Assembly (NCBI GenBank): GCA_050633305.1
Contig: JBOEGF010000018.1
Coordinates: 736,001-800,000 of the forward strand
Length of the DNA stretch: 64,000 nucleotides
DNA from: Nannocystales bacterium
Lineage (GTDB): Bacteria; Myxococcota_A; Polyangia; Nannocystales; Nannocystaceae
Direction of reading: 5' to 3'
Below are positions 38,029 through 48,048 of this stretch, piece by piece. Every line of letters begins with the position of its first letter. The first letter of the stretch is position 1. A program made the position numbers and the translations under genes. The notes under the pieces are model-generated. The model did no database searches. It had not been told where the DNA came from and saw only the letters and a program-made list of their open reading frames with translations.

Positions 38029-41000
38029 TCGGAGCATCCCTTCGTGTCGAGGAGCAGCTGCGGGGGCGGCCGCAGGTCGGCGTGGCGGAACACCTGGAGG
38101 AACTCGGTCGGGCGCTCCTGGGTCCCGAAGAACGGCGTGTCGTCTTCAGCGGCACGGAACTTGACCTTGACGACACCTGCAGACTGGTCGCGGAGGTCCC
38201 ACTTGAGCACGAAGACCGCGCTGTCCGTGGACCCTGAGATGGTGCCTTCCTCGAGCACTTCGAAGAAGCCCCAGGGACCTTTGCGTTCGAGTTGACCTCG
38301 GACCGCCTTGCTTCGCGTCTTGAGTTGGGTGCCGGGCTCGCCTTCGCCGGGCCACTGCATCGGGACAAACCGGCCCGGTCCGTTCTTGTGCTCGATCTCC
38401 TTGCCGTCGATCTCGAGCGTGGTGATTGCGGCCGCCGGGTTGTCGTCGATGAAGACGTCGAACTCGACCAGCAGGGCGCCGTTGGGGAACAAGACCCGGC
38501 TGAGGTCGTCCGCTCGCTCGAGGAACTTCACGACCGCGGGGTCGTACTTGATGGTCTCTTTCGCGCCGCGTTTCTCGAACTCGAAGGTGCCGTGCTTGCG
38601 CGGGATCCGAGAGGCGAGGGCGGTGCCGTAGTACGTCCACAGGGCGCCGGTCTCGGGGTGCAGCAGCTCCTCGAGGTCCTTGAACTTCACGTTCTTGCCG
38701 TTCTTGGAGAACGGATAGCGACCCAGCATGTCCTTCATCGGCTTGTAGACCGACTCGCAGTAGTTCTTGGCGAGCACGCCCTTGAACTCCTTGCCGACCA
38801 TGGCCTGGACCGCTTCGAATGGGGGCGGGAGCCACCGCGCGAGGGTGGGCCGCCAGCCCTTGAGATCCGACTCGTTGAGCACCGCATCGATGGTGGTGAG
38901 GCCGCCTTTGACCGCGTTCTTGAGCGACTTCGCGGAGTCCTCATCGTCGTGGTCGATCTTGGCCCGAAGCGCGTCTCGGACCGTCTTGAGTTCCTCTTGG
39001 TAGCGGTCGAGTTGAACCGGGGGCGGTGGTGGAGCGGCCTGTCCTTCGGGGACGGCGGGGACGGCTTGGTATCCGAACCCGGCGAGTCCCTCGAACGCCT
39101 TCTTCACGTCCTCCGTGGTCTTGAGCAGTGGGTTGGCGTCGTTGCCTCCGCCCTTTTTGAGCCGCTTCGCAGCCGCGGCGGCAGCTTTGCCCTTCTTGCC
39201 GCCCTTCTTCGAGGCCTGCTCCAGCGCCTTGTCGCCGAGCTCACCCGCGAGGTCGCCGGCCTTGTCCTCGGCGGTCTCCTCTTCGAGCAGCGTCGTGTGG
39301 TAGTCGAGGTTCTGGCACAGGCGCTTGAGCGGTGGCGTGGCGCCGCTGGTCAGGTCGCCGAAGACCTTCTGCGCTTCGAGCAGGTCGTCGGGCGCGACCA
39401 CGTAGATCGCGTTGATGAAGCCTTTCCACTCGCCGATGTAGTTCTCGAAGTACAGGGAACGCAGCGCGACGAGCTGGGTGTCTTTCGACTTCTTGGCTTC
39501 TTCTTCGGTCCGCCCCAAGACCCATTCGTTGCCCTGGGCGGTCTCGAGAACCGCTTCCAGGTTTCCGCGAATCTCGTTCTCCCACGAGGTCCGGGTGTAG
39601 GCCCCGCGAATGGTGCGGTTGTCGTTCTTGAGCGCTGTGTTGCTGGCGGTGACGGCGTTGAGCGTGAGGTCCTGAGTCTCGACGCCACGGAGCAGCTCAT
39701 CGAGCAGGGCCTGGGTCTGGTCGGTGCGCTTGAGGATCTTGCGGACGTCTTTGACCAGCTTGACGTTGCGCTCGAACAGCAACTTGTCAGGATGCTCGGC
39801 GAGGTTGTCGACGTACGCATCGGCGACGGCCTTCATCGTGGAGACGTCGCCGGTCAGGTTCATGCGCTCGAGGATCGCTCCCCACGAGGTTCCCAGGCGG
39901 TCGGAGAGCCACTTGCTTTGCTCTTCGTCCAGGCCCGGCTCGTCTTCACTGTACTCGCCAGACAACAGGAGGTACGTGCGCAACCGGGCCCTGTATTCCT
40001 CCTGTTCGTCGGGTTTGGGCTGGTCGGTCAGCGGGCCGTAGGTCTGCACGAACTTCTTGAGCTCGCGGACCTCGATGGTGATGAGAGGCTGGACCACCTC
40101 TTCGCGTACCGTGGTGACGTAGAGGTTCTCGACGCGGTCGGTGAAGCGGGCGCCCTGATACATGCCCATTCGCATCATCAAGGGGACGCCGTCCGACTCG
40201 TGTTCATCAAGCTCGCGCTCGATGTTGTACAGCGGCTTGATCTTATCGATCTCGATCGGATCGACGCCTGCGTGCTCGCTCTGCTTGTGTTCGTTGAGCT
40301 TCGCGATGGCGTCCTCGCCCCGACCGAGGAACTCGCGGTTTCGGTTGAACGACAGCACCGGAAGCACCGCCAGCCCAACCGACGTTGCGAACAGGGCGCC
40401 CGCGATCGCGTGGCCCATGATCGCCTGGCGCTTGACGTGCGCTGCGCTGCGCGTCGCGACGTTCTTGTCGGGGAAGATGACCTTGCCGAAGACATCGCCC
40501 AGGAAGTAGCTCTTGGCTTCGACCTGCTGCTGCGTGAAGCTCATCTGCGGCTGGACGCCGAAGGCCTCCGCCATCGAGTTCATGATGCGGTCGATCGGGC
40601 TGCCCTCTTGGGTGCCCGAGGTGAAGTACGACCCGCGGAAGATCGGCGACTCGGTGTAGATGCTGTCGGCCATGAGCTCGCCGACAAACATCGACAGGTT
40701 CTCTCGCAGCGGCTCAAAGTACTGCGGGAACGTGAAAATCTTGTCCTTGGCCGCGTCCGCGCGCTCTTCGGCAAGGCGTCGCATCGCGCGGCGCTCGACC
40801 ACTTGGGTCAGCTCGCCGAAGTGGTCGTCGAACAGCGCGGCGGGTTTGTCCTTCGTGGACACCGGGACTGTGAAGCCCCAGATCTGGCTGCGTTCTTTCT
40901 GGCCCAGGTCCGAGAACATGTCGACGAAGCCAGGCAGGAGGTCGCACTTGGTGAACAGGACGTACACGGGCACGACCATCTCCAGCTTCCCCATGACCTC

Positions 41001-41681
41001 GTCGACACGGGCGCGAATCTCTCGCGCTCGGGCCAAGACGTCGTCGGGGCTGCTCTCGGAGAGGTCTGTCAGCGCGATGGCCACAAGCACACCGTTGACC
41101 GGTCGCTTGGGGCGGTTGCGCTTGAGCAGGTCCAAGAAGCCCATCCACTCCTCGCGGTCGGCTTCTTCGGTGGTGTAGCGGCCAGCGGTGTCGAGAATGA
41201 CGGCCTCGTTGGTCATCCACCACTGACAGTTTCGCGTGCCGCCCACGCCCTGAACGGCGCCCGCGGAGTACGGGAAGCGCAGGCCCGAGTTGCGAAGTGC
41301 GGTGCTCTTGCCGGCGCCAGGAGGGCCGATGATCATGTACCAGGGCAGGGCGTACAGCGCATCGGCGCCCTTCTTGTTGCCGCCAAGCTTGGAGGTCTTC
41401 AGGGCCGCGACGGCCTTGAGGAACTCGTTTTGCATCGCGTCGACCTCGGCCTTGAGGTCGGGGCGGGCGCTCGCAGATTGGGCTGCGGCCTGGGCCGCAA
41501 GCGCCTTCTCGATCTCGCGAGCCGCCTTCTTGGCCCGCAGGATTTTGACGAGGACGACCGTGATGAGGATCGCGACGATGACCGCCGTGGCGACGATCGC
41601 GATCCACATGGGGAACTCGAGCAGCAGGACGACGGCCCAGACGGCTCCGATGAGCAGCGCACTGAAGATGTACTTGAGCAT
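38025..41681 (-). CDS. tssM: T6SS membrane subunit TssM (IcmF)
   Basis: LYALPWYMIIGPPGAGKS, CQWW, LDTAGRY, PVYVLFTKCDL, RGSYFTSGTQEG, RYPF, GPWGFF. Confidence 0.97.
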   Translation of the reverse strand: MLKYIFSALLIGAVWAVVLLLEFPMWIAIVATAVIVAILITVVLVKILRAKKAAREIEKALAAQAAAQSASARPDLKAEVDAMQNEFLKAVAALKTSKLGGNKKGADALYALPWYMIIGPPGAGKSTALRNSGLRFPYSAGAVQGVGGTRNCQWWMTNEAVILDTAGRYTTEEADREEWMGFLDLLKRNRPKRPVNGVLVAIALTDLSESSPDDVLARAREIRARVDEVMGKLEMVVPVYVLFTKCDLLPGFVDMFSDLGQKERSQIWGFTVPVSTKDKPAALFDDHFGELTQVVERRAMRRLAEERADAAKDKIFTFPQYFEPLRENLSMFVGELMADSIYTESPIFRGSYFTSGTQEGSPIDRIMNSMAEAFGVQPQMSFTQQQVEAKSYFLGDVFGKVIFPDKNVATRSAAHVKRQAIMGHAIAGALFATSVGLAVLPVLSFNRNREFLGRGEDAIAKLNEHKQSEHAGVDPIEIDKIKPLYNIERELDEHESDGVPLMMRMGMYQGARFTDRVENLYVTTVREEVVQPLITIEVRELKKFVQTYGPLTDQPKPDEQEEYRARLRTYLLLSGEYSEDEPGLDEEQSKWLSDRLGTSWGAILERMNLTGDVSTMKAVADAYVDNLAEHPDKLLFERNVKLVKDVRKILKRTDQTQALLDELLRGVETQDLTLNAVTASNTALKNDNRTIRGAYTRTSWENEIRGNLEAVLETAQGNEWVLGRTEEEAKKSKDTQLVALRSLYFENYIGEWKGFINAIYVVAPDDLLEAQKVFGDLTSGATPPLKRLCQNLDYHTTLLEEETAEDKAGDLAGELGDKALEQASKKGGKKGKAAAAAAKRLKKGGGNDANPLLKTTEDVKKAFEGLAGFGYQAVPAVPEGQAAPPPPPVQLDRYQEELKTVRDALRAKIDHDDEDSAKSLKNAVKGGLTTIDAVLNESDLKGWRPTLARWLPPPFEAVQAMVGKEFKGVLAKNYCESVYKPMKDMLGRYPFSKNGKNVKFKDLEELLHPETGALWTYYGTALASRIPRKHGTFEFEKRGAKETIKYDPAVVKFLERADDLSRVLFPNGALLVEFDVFIDDNPAAAITTLEIDGKEIEHKNGPGRFVPMQWPGEGEPGTQLKTRSKAVRGQLERKGPWGFFEVLEEGTISGSTDSAVFVLKWDLRDQSAGVVKVKFRAAEDDTPFFGTQERPTEFLQVFRHADLRPPPQLLLDTKGCSE

Positions 41682-41684
41682 GGC

Positions 41685-42389
41685 TCAGCCCTCGCCTTTC
41701 TTGGCATCCGGGGCGTCGTCGGAGGACGCGGTGACCTCGTCGATGTCGCTCGTGAAGTCGCCCGCTTGCTTGTCCAGCGCGAGACGCAACACAACGATCA
41801 GGACCAGCGAGAACAGCAGCGCGAACAGGCCCAACCACACGGTGAGGTAGCTCTGTGAGCGCCGGGTGACACGTTCGCGAGGCCGCATGTGCCGCTTGGA
41901 CAACGCTTCGGGCCGCATCGCCTGTCCCAGCGCGTCTTGGACCCGTCGCTGCACCGCCGCGAGTTGGAGCTCACCGCCGCGGATGGCGAACTTGCCCTGA
42001 AAGCCGAACACCAAGCACCAGTAGTAGACGCGCAGGGCCTCTTGCCGGCTCGGGTCGACGAGAAGATGTTCGAGCCGATTGAAGAAGTTCTCGCCGGCGA
42101 GGTTCTCCTGGAAGTAGTGGAGCTGAAGCGGGTTGCTCATCCACATGTCCCGAAGGGCGCCCGGCTTGCGCATCGCGAACTCGTCGGCAAGGGCCACGAG
42201 CGCATACATGATGTCGTGTACGTCGCGATCTTGCAGACCCGCTTGCGAGGCTGTCTGCCGCATTTGATCGACGTAGCCGCAGATCCGCTGGTGGAACATC
42301 TCCGGCGCCAACATGGCGCTGTCGTCGACGTTCTTCAGCTGGATCAGCGCGTTGATGCAGTCTTTGGTGACTGCGTAGACCCGTTCCAT
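41685..42389 (-). CDS. tssL: T6SS TssL (DotU), no OmpA domain
   Basis: YALVALADE, W..NPLQL.YF, AGENFF, VYYWCLVFGFQGKF, C-terminal TM. Confidence 0.95.
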   Translation of the reverse strand: MERVYAVTKDCINALIQLKNVDDSAMLAPEMFHQRICGYVDQMRQTASQAGLQDRDVHDIMYALVALADEFAMRKPGALRDMWMSNPLQLHYFQENLAGENFFNRLEHLLVDPSRQEALRVYYWCLVFGFQGKFAIRGGELQLAAVQRRVQDALGQAMRPEALSKRHMRPRERVTRRSQSYLTVWLGLFALLFSLVLIVVLRLALDKQAGDFTSDIDEVTASSDDAPDAKKGEG

Positions 42390-42429
42390 CCTGGCGTTGC
42401 TCCCTTGGGGTGATCAGGCTCGCGGTGAA

Positions 42430-43812
42430 TCAGGAAGGCCGTGAACCCTTGGGCGGAATGCCCATGAGCGAAATCTTGGCCTTGCTGGGGTCGTAGGGCG
42501 GGGGAAGGTAGATGGCGATGGTGCGCTCGGTGGCGATCGCGCGCCAGTACGTGTCGGACGTGGCCAGCATGAAGTAGACCTGCTTGGGCCGAACGGGGAT
42601 CTCGGGAGGCGGTCGGTGCGTGACCGTCAGCGAGACGCCCGGCGTCGCGGAGCGAACGATCTGGTTGATCTGCTTCCACGAGGCGATCTTCGAGAGCTTG
42701 GGGAGCCGGTTCGAGACTTCCTGGGTCTCGGACTGGGCCTCCACGGCGAGGACGAATGCCTCGCACTTGGGCAGGCGGTCGTCCTTGAGCTGACCGATCC
42801 ACATGCCGTCGGCTCGCGCTTCGAGGGGGACCTCGAGGCAACGCTGCTTGACCGTGGCCCCGAGCATGGCGTTGAGGCTCTCGACCAGCGGTTGAAACGT
42901 GGCTCGAAGGTCGTTGTGGGCAAACGTGGGGAAGGTCGAGGGATCGACGCTCCCGGTGAAGGTGGTCAGCGAGCCGGCCAGCTGCAACAAGGTGAGGTAC
43001 GTCGACAATGGGGTCGGCGACTTGTCCTCCGCGATGTAGCGAACCAAGGGGATGTTGCTCGCCAGCGCGTTGAGCAGCAGGAACCGGGTGGTGTCCTGAG
43101 GTGCAAACTCGACCGAAGCCGCGTCGACCTGGCGGCGGGTTTCGGCGAGGGCGCGGTGCTTGCTGAGCATCGTGCTGAGCAGGTCTTGCAGGTAGCCCTG
43201 AAGCACCGGAGCCGCGGCAACCTTAAGCGCGGGCGGAATGTACGTGTTGGACAGTTGGTACTGCCCCGTCGGGTCGCGAACCACCTCGGCGAGCTTGATC
43301 GAGTCGAAGTCGTCGCGAGACTCCTTGCCCAAGATGATGCGGAGGTTGGGCCGGCCGAAGCCAATGACCTGCTCGGTCTTCGCGATGGTGAGGTCGGGGA
43401 CCGGCCGGTTGGCGATCTTGTAACGGGCCGCGGCGGAGTCATCGAGCGCCTCCGCGTAGTTGGGGACGCCTTCTCGAGTGGACGGGACGCCCAGGTAGAC
43501 CTCGAGCGTCGATGCGGTCGCGGAAAACTGATCGCCGATCGGGCGTGCGGGAGGACCTCCGGAGTCGCCGGGTTCGAGGTCGACGACGAGTCCGCGCGGG
43601 AACACGCCTTCAAACGCCGAGAGCTTGAAGGTGCCCGAGCTGAGCTCGCCTTCGTCGATCGTCATCTCGCTGATGCCCCAGATGTGGGGCACCGCGGCGG
43701 CGAGCCTGGCCCCGATCGAGGCTTCGTAGAAGAGGTCCTGTTGCTGGAGGTGCTGAGGGCACATCAGCATGCCCTCGCTCCACACGACCCGGTTCAAGTT
43801 CTTGCGCGACAT
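42430..43812 (-). CDS. tssK: T6SS baseplate TssK
   Basis: RVVWSEGMLMCPQHLQQQD, WGI, YIPP, PGVSL..PPEIP..YF. Confidence 0.95.
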   Translation of the reverse strand: MSRKNLNRVVWSEGMLMCPQHLQQQDLFYEASIGARLAAAVPHIWGISEMTIDEGELSSGTFKLSAFEGVFPRGLVVDLEPGDSGGPPARPIGDQFSATASTLEVYLGVPSTREGVPNYAEALDDSAAARYKIANRPVPDLTIAKTEQVIGFGRPNLRIILGKESRDDFDSIKLAEVVRDPTGQYQLSNTYIPPALKVAAAPVLQGYLQDLLSTMLSKHRALAETRRQVDAASVEFAPQDTTRFLLLNALASNIPLVRYIAEDKSPTPLSTYLTLLQLAGSLTTFTGSVDPSTFPTFAHNDLRATFQPLVESLNAMLGATVKQRCLEVPLEARADGMWIGQLKDDRLPKCEAFVLAVEAQSETQEVSNRLPKLSKIASWKQINQIVRSATPGVSLTVTHRPPPEIPVRPKQVYFMLATSDTYWRAIATERTIAIYLPPPYDPSKAKISLMGIPPKGSRPS

Positions 43813-43828
43813 GACGGACCTCGGGGGC

Positions 43829-44626
43829 TCAGGCGCCCGGTTTCTCCGGGGCTGTGGGAGCCTCGGGCGTGGACGGTTCTTCGGGTTGCTCGGGCGCCTC
43901 GACGTCCTTGAGCTTCTTGCGCTTTTTCTTCTTTTTCTTCTTCTTGCCGTCGTCTTTGAGCTCGACGGGCGGCGTTCGGCTGGGCTTGCCGGGGCATTGA
44001 AGCCCGTGTCCTTCGGCGTCCCAGCCCGTTGGCGGGGTGGGTCCGCCGTCGAGCAGCGAGCGCTCGAGCAAGACGTGGAAACACGGGTCCGGCCACGGCT
44101 GCTTCTTCTTCTTGGCCGTGCAGACGTCGTTGCCGTGGTAGCGCGGCACCTCGTAGAGGCGGAACCAATCCTGACCGAGAGGTTCTCGGTAGATCGCCGC
44201 CGCAAGGACGAACTTGGCCTCGGGGTCCGGTGTCAGCTCCAAGGTGTCGTTTTTGCCCGGGTAGACCGTGATCTCCTCTTCGGAGATGAAGTCGTCGCCG
44301 AACGCCACCTCGCCGCCCTCTTCCCAAACGGTCTCGAAGTCGATGATGTCGACACTCTCGTCGCCCTTGAGCTGGTAGACGTGTAGCTGGACCGACAGCG
44401 GCTGGCCTTCGTCGTCGAGGTTGATCATCTCGTCCGGCTGGATGACCACCCGGATCGCCTCGAAGACTTCGTCGTCGGGGTTGCAGGTCGGGCCCTTGTT
44501 TTTCTTCTTGCAACCAGCGGCGGCCGTGAGGGCGAGGGCCGCGGTGAGACCCAGGCCCAGGCCAGCACGAGCGAGTGGGCGGAGCGAGGACACAGCGGTG
44601 AGCGACGGACGCACGAACACAGTCAT
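43829..44626 (-). CDS. tssJ: T6SS lipoprotein TssJ with Lys-rich C-terminal extension
   Basis: Lipobox AAGC; INLDDEGQPLSVQLHVYQLK, VYPG, AAIYR..W. Start approximate. Confidence 0.88.
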   Translation of the reverse strand: MTVFVRPSLTAVSSLRPLARAGLGLGLTAALALTAAAGCKKKNKGPTCNPDDEVFEAIRVVIQPDEMINLDDEGQPLSVQLHVYQLKGDESVDIIDFETVWEEGGEVAFGDDFISEEEITVYPGKNDTLELTPDPEAKFVLAAAIYREPLGQDWFRLYEVPRYHGNDVCTAKKKKQPWPDPCFHVLLERSLLDGGPTPPTGWDAEGHGLQCPGKPSRTPPVELKDDGKKKKKKKKRKKLKDVEAPEQPEEPSTPEAPTAPEKPGA

Positions 44627-44709
44627 TTGAGGGCGCGGCGCTGAGGCAAAAAAACAGCGCGTCGGCCGCGGAGAATCCCACGGCGAACAAGAGCTTGGCA
44701 AGGGCAGCG

Positions 44710-47307
44710 CTATGTCATGGCCAGGGAAATCCCGCGTTGCGCGAAGTCGGAGATGAACCCTTGGAGGGCCGCGGTGTGGGTCCAGTTCCTCGTGTGGGGA
44801 TCGAGACTGACCAGGTCGGTGACGACGGCGGTACCCGAAGATGAGACCCCCGGGGAGGACAGCTGCGTGATTCGGGTGATGCCGTCGCCGAAGCGGTTGA
44901 CCACGATGATGAGGTCGAGACTCGCGGCCACTCGAAGCACACGAGTGTCCGCAGACGCCGAGCCGCCCGCGAGCCCGCTGAGGGCGGCCAGCCGCTGCAG
45001 CCCCTCATCGGCCGTGGAGGCACGCGTGGTGAGTACAACCCCATCGAGACCTCTGCCCAAGGCCGTGAGCGCCGAACCGGCCTCCGCCCCTGTGATGTCA
45101 TGGATGAGCAGACGACCAGGTGCGAGCCCCAGCCCAGCGTCGACGAGACCAGGCATCGCGTGGGCGCGGGAGCTCTGAAGCACCACGGCGTTCTCTGGAA
45201 GCTGCGCGGCCTCGTGGTTGGGACGGACGACGACGAGCCTTTGACTGGCTGGCGCCGCGAGGGCCAGGGCGGCGGCCATCGGGAACGCTCGAGCGCCCGG
45301 ACCGGCGAACACCGCGATTCGCAGACCACTGTTCACGGCACTGCTCAACAGCTTGGCAATCGCATCCGAAAGCGCTGCGCTGGCCGTCAGCTGGCCAAGG
45401 TCGTAGCGAGGCTGGACAGACGCCGCGCGCCGGATGCTGACGATCGGGCCATCGACCGCGAGGCTCTGGTGGACGGCATGGACCCGGTGGCCGTCGGCAG
45501 TCGTGGCCTCGATGACGGGATTGGTCGGGGCAAAGCTCGATCCTGTGAGCCGGGTGACGACCCATGCGAGGGCTTCGTCGCTGGAGAAGGATGACTCTTC
45601 CGATGCGACCGACTGGCCGTTTTTTACGATCAGGCAGTGGCTGGGTCCACGGAGCAGAATCTCTGTGATGTGAGGGTCGCGAAGCAACGCGTTGAGCGGA
45701 CCGACCCCGCACAGCTCGGTCTGCATGCGCGCCGAAAGTGACATCGGCTCGAGATGACCGACGGTCTCTTTGAGGTCTTGAAGCCCGGAGCGAAGGCGCG
45801 TGACCAAGGTGTCATCGTCGAGTCCGGGTTCGGCGAGCCATCGGTCGCGTACCGTCGCAAAGACCTGCCGGCAGGCCTCTCGGGTCTGGGCTTCGCGGGG
45901 GAGCCCAACCAACGCAGCGGGGTGCAGTACGGAAGGTGCACCGTGGCCTCCGGTGGAGGGGGCCATGACCGGAGAGGAGATCGCGACCGGAGGTGCAGCT
46001 GCCGGGCCCACGCGCGGCATCGACCACGCGTCGGGCGTGGGGCCGGCGGGGCCCGGATTCGACGAAGGCGGGGCATCCTCGGGCGGCCGTTCGAGCGCGA
46101 CCACGTCGTCGGCCATCATGGTGGCGCCGGTCCGAACGGGGGACTTCGAGCCCAAGACGACCTTGGGCGCGGAGGGGGTGCTCGCATCCGGGTGATGGGT
46201 TGGCGTGTCCAACTCCCCTTTGGCCGAAGGGGCGGACGTGGACGGGGTGATCGGGGCCTGTTTGGGCGTCGAAGCCCCGGAGGGGGGATGTAGAACGGGT
46301 TTTGCGGCGGCGGGCGGGGGCTCCGGTTCCGCGGCGACCGAAGGCGGGGCGGCCGGAGGCGGCTCGGGGGCGGCCTCCGGGACCGCCGCGGGTGGGTCCG
46401 CCATCGGTGGCGGGGCCATCGGAGGAGGAGCCGAGGGTGGCTCGGGTGTGGGAGGGGCGGCCATCACCGGAGGGGTCATGGGCGGTGGAGCCATCGGGGG
46501 CGGGGCCATCGGGGGCTCTGCGATCGGGGGCTCGACGACCGGCGGCGCGCTCGGGTCCGCGCCACCGATCATCGGTGGCAGCGTTGGGGCACCGGGCGCT
46601 TTCTGAGCTCGCAGCTTGAACGGCGGTTCGGCCTCGAGCACCGGAGGGCTTGCGGGAGCGTCGAGCGGCGGCGGGAGGGATGGGTCAACCCGCGGTGCGG
46701 GGGACATCGCCGGAGGCGGGGCACCGATCGAAGGGGGTGGCTGGCCGATGGCTGGGGGCGGGGCCCCGATCGGTGGCGGTGGGGCGCCGAGCGGAGGCGC
46801 GGGGCCTCCGATGGCCGGGGGCGGTGCGCCGATGGGTGGCGGCGGTGCATCGAGCGAGGGCGGGGGTCCTCCGAGGGCCGGGGGAGGGGCTCCGATAGCG
46901 GGAGGCGGGTTGCCGATGGGGGCAGGGCCCTGGGGCGGGGTGCTGGCCGAGACGGGGCCGACCGGGCCGGGCAAACCGCCCGCTACGGGGTGCTGGGAGG
47001 GGGGTCCGGCGGAAGCACCATCGAGTTCGAACGCCAGCTTGTAGGAGCAGACGTACACCTCGTCGCCTGGCATGACCATCTGCGGACCCTGGATGCGGCT
47101 GCCGTTGACGAACGTGCCGTTGGTCGAACTCAGGTCGATCAGCGTCAGCGATCCGTCCGTGTAGAGGATACGCGCGTGGCTCGAGGAGACGCCCGGCTCG
47201 GGGATGCGGACGTCGTTGCTTGGGGTGCGCCCGATCGTGATCTCGCGCTTGTCGAACGATGTCGTGGTCGGAGGCTGGCCGGTCTTCGAGATCGTGATGC
47301 GCAACAT
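44710..47307 (-). CDS. FHA domain + Pro-rich linker + degenerate TadA/CpaF (VirB11-like) ATPase domain
   Basis: FHA IGR..SSSHA..DLSSTNGTFVN; CpaF-like GVGPLNALLRDPHITEILLRGP and GPIVSIRR; Walker A, Asp box, Walker B and His box substituted. Confidence 0.85.
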   Translation of the reverse strand: MLRITISKTGQPPTTTSFDKREITIGRTPSNDVRIPEPGVSSSHARILYTDGSLTLIDLSSTNGTFVNGSRIQGPQMVMPGDEVYVCSYKLAFELDGASAGPPSQHPVAGGLPGPVGPVSASTPPQGPAPIGNPPPAIGAPPPALGGPPPSLDAPPPPIGAPPPAIGGPAPPLGAPPPPIGAPPPAIGQPPPSIGAPPPAMSPAPRVDPSLPPPLDAPASPPVLEAEPPFKLRAQKAPGAPTLPPMIGGADPSAPPVVEPPIAEPPMAPPPMAPPPMTPPVMAAPPTPEPPSAPPPMAPPPMADPPAAVPEAAPEPPPAAPPSVAAEPEPPPAAAKPVLHPPSGASTPKQAPITPSTSAPSAKGELDTPTHHPDASTPSAPKVVLGSKSPVRTGATMMADDVVALERPPEDAPPSSNPGPAGPTPDAWSMPRVGPAAAPPVAISSPVMAPSTGGHGAPSVLHPAALVGLPREAQTREACRQVFATVRDRWLAEPGLDDDTLVTRLRSGLQDLKETVGHLEPMSLSARMQTELCGVGPLNALLRDPHITEILLRGPSHCLIVKNGQSVASEESSFSSDEALAWVVTRLTGSSFAPTNPVIEATTADGHRVHAVHQSLAVDGPIVSIRRAASVQPRYDLGQLTASAALSDAIAKLLSSAVNSGLRIAVFAGPGARAFPMAAALALAAPASQRLVVVRPNHEAAQLPENAVVLQSSRAHAMPGLVDAGLGLAPGRLLIHDITGAEAGSALTALGRGLDGVVLTTRASTADEGLQRLAALSGLAGGSASADTRVLRVAASLDLIIVVNRFGDGITRITQLSSPGVSSSGTAVVTDLVSLDPHTRNWTHTAALQGFISDFAQRGISLAMT

Positions 47308-47541
47308 GAGGCGGGAGGAGGATGGTCGCGCGGTGGGGGCGGGTTGGGAAGGGGGGCGGTTGGGGAAAACGTTGGATCCAGGGTCCCGGTCTCAACGCGG
47401 TGTCGCCGGCTCCCGGGTCGTTGCCCGCGCCGGCCTGTGCCGATGGATATCGGCGGCGCCTGGCAAGCGGAGCGGCCGGAGCCTGCCCGTGATACCGGGG
47501 TGAGTCTTTACGGGGTCGGGGGGCGCTGCTACGTTACGAAC

Positions 47542-48033
47542 ATGTCGATGTCCCTTTCCCTCATCCTCTCCGCTAACGGCACCGTGCTCGAGGGCGAGTC
47601 AACGGTTTCGAGTTTTGATCGGGGCCCCACAATTGAGTGCCAGTCCTTCTGCGACTCCGTCCGGACTGCGCGCGAAGGCGGGACCGGCCAGGCCACAGGG
47701 CGACACTCCTTCGATCCGATCAAGTTCACGAAGAAAATGGACAAGTCGTCGCCGCTCCTCGCAAAGGCGCTCTGCAACAACGAGGTTATCGAGGCGAGCT
47801 GGACTTTCTACCGCCCCAACCCTGACGGAGACGGGACCGTCCAACAGTTCTTCAGGATCGAGGTCAAAGAGGCACGGATCGCAAGCATCGTCCGGACCTC
47901 CAGCGACGCAATTGACCCGGCAAGCGCGAACCTTGCACCTATTGAGGAGATCAGCATCGTATTCCACACGATCTCGTGGGAAGATTTGGTCAACAACACG
48001 ATCCATGAAGATAACTGGCGCGAGCAAGCGTAG
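47542..48033 (+). CDS. hcp: T6SS tube protein Hcp
   Basis: LEGES, TGQATGRH, FTKKMDKSSPLL, EEISIVFHTISW. Confidence 0.96.
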   Translation: MSMSLSLILSANGTVLEGESTVSSFDRGPTIECQSFCDSVRTAREGGTGQATGRHSFDPIKFTKKMDKSSPLLAKALCNNEVIEASWTFYRPNPDGDGTVQQFFRIEVKEARIASIVRTSSDAIDPASANLAPIEEISIVFHTISWEDLVNNTIHEDNWREQA

Positions 48034-48048
48034 CTGGAGCCGACGTAG

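Noticed and set aside
38292..41858. 1188-aa plus-strand ORF (likewise 34708..36336, 5435..6745, 12861..14123)
   Set aside because: Antisense shadows of tssM, tssC and other well-supported genes; no recognisable motifs.
44710..45800. A Tad pilus locus or a pseudogene
   Set aside because: No other tad genes in the window, and the frame is uninterrupted with the fold pattern retained.
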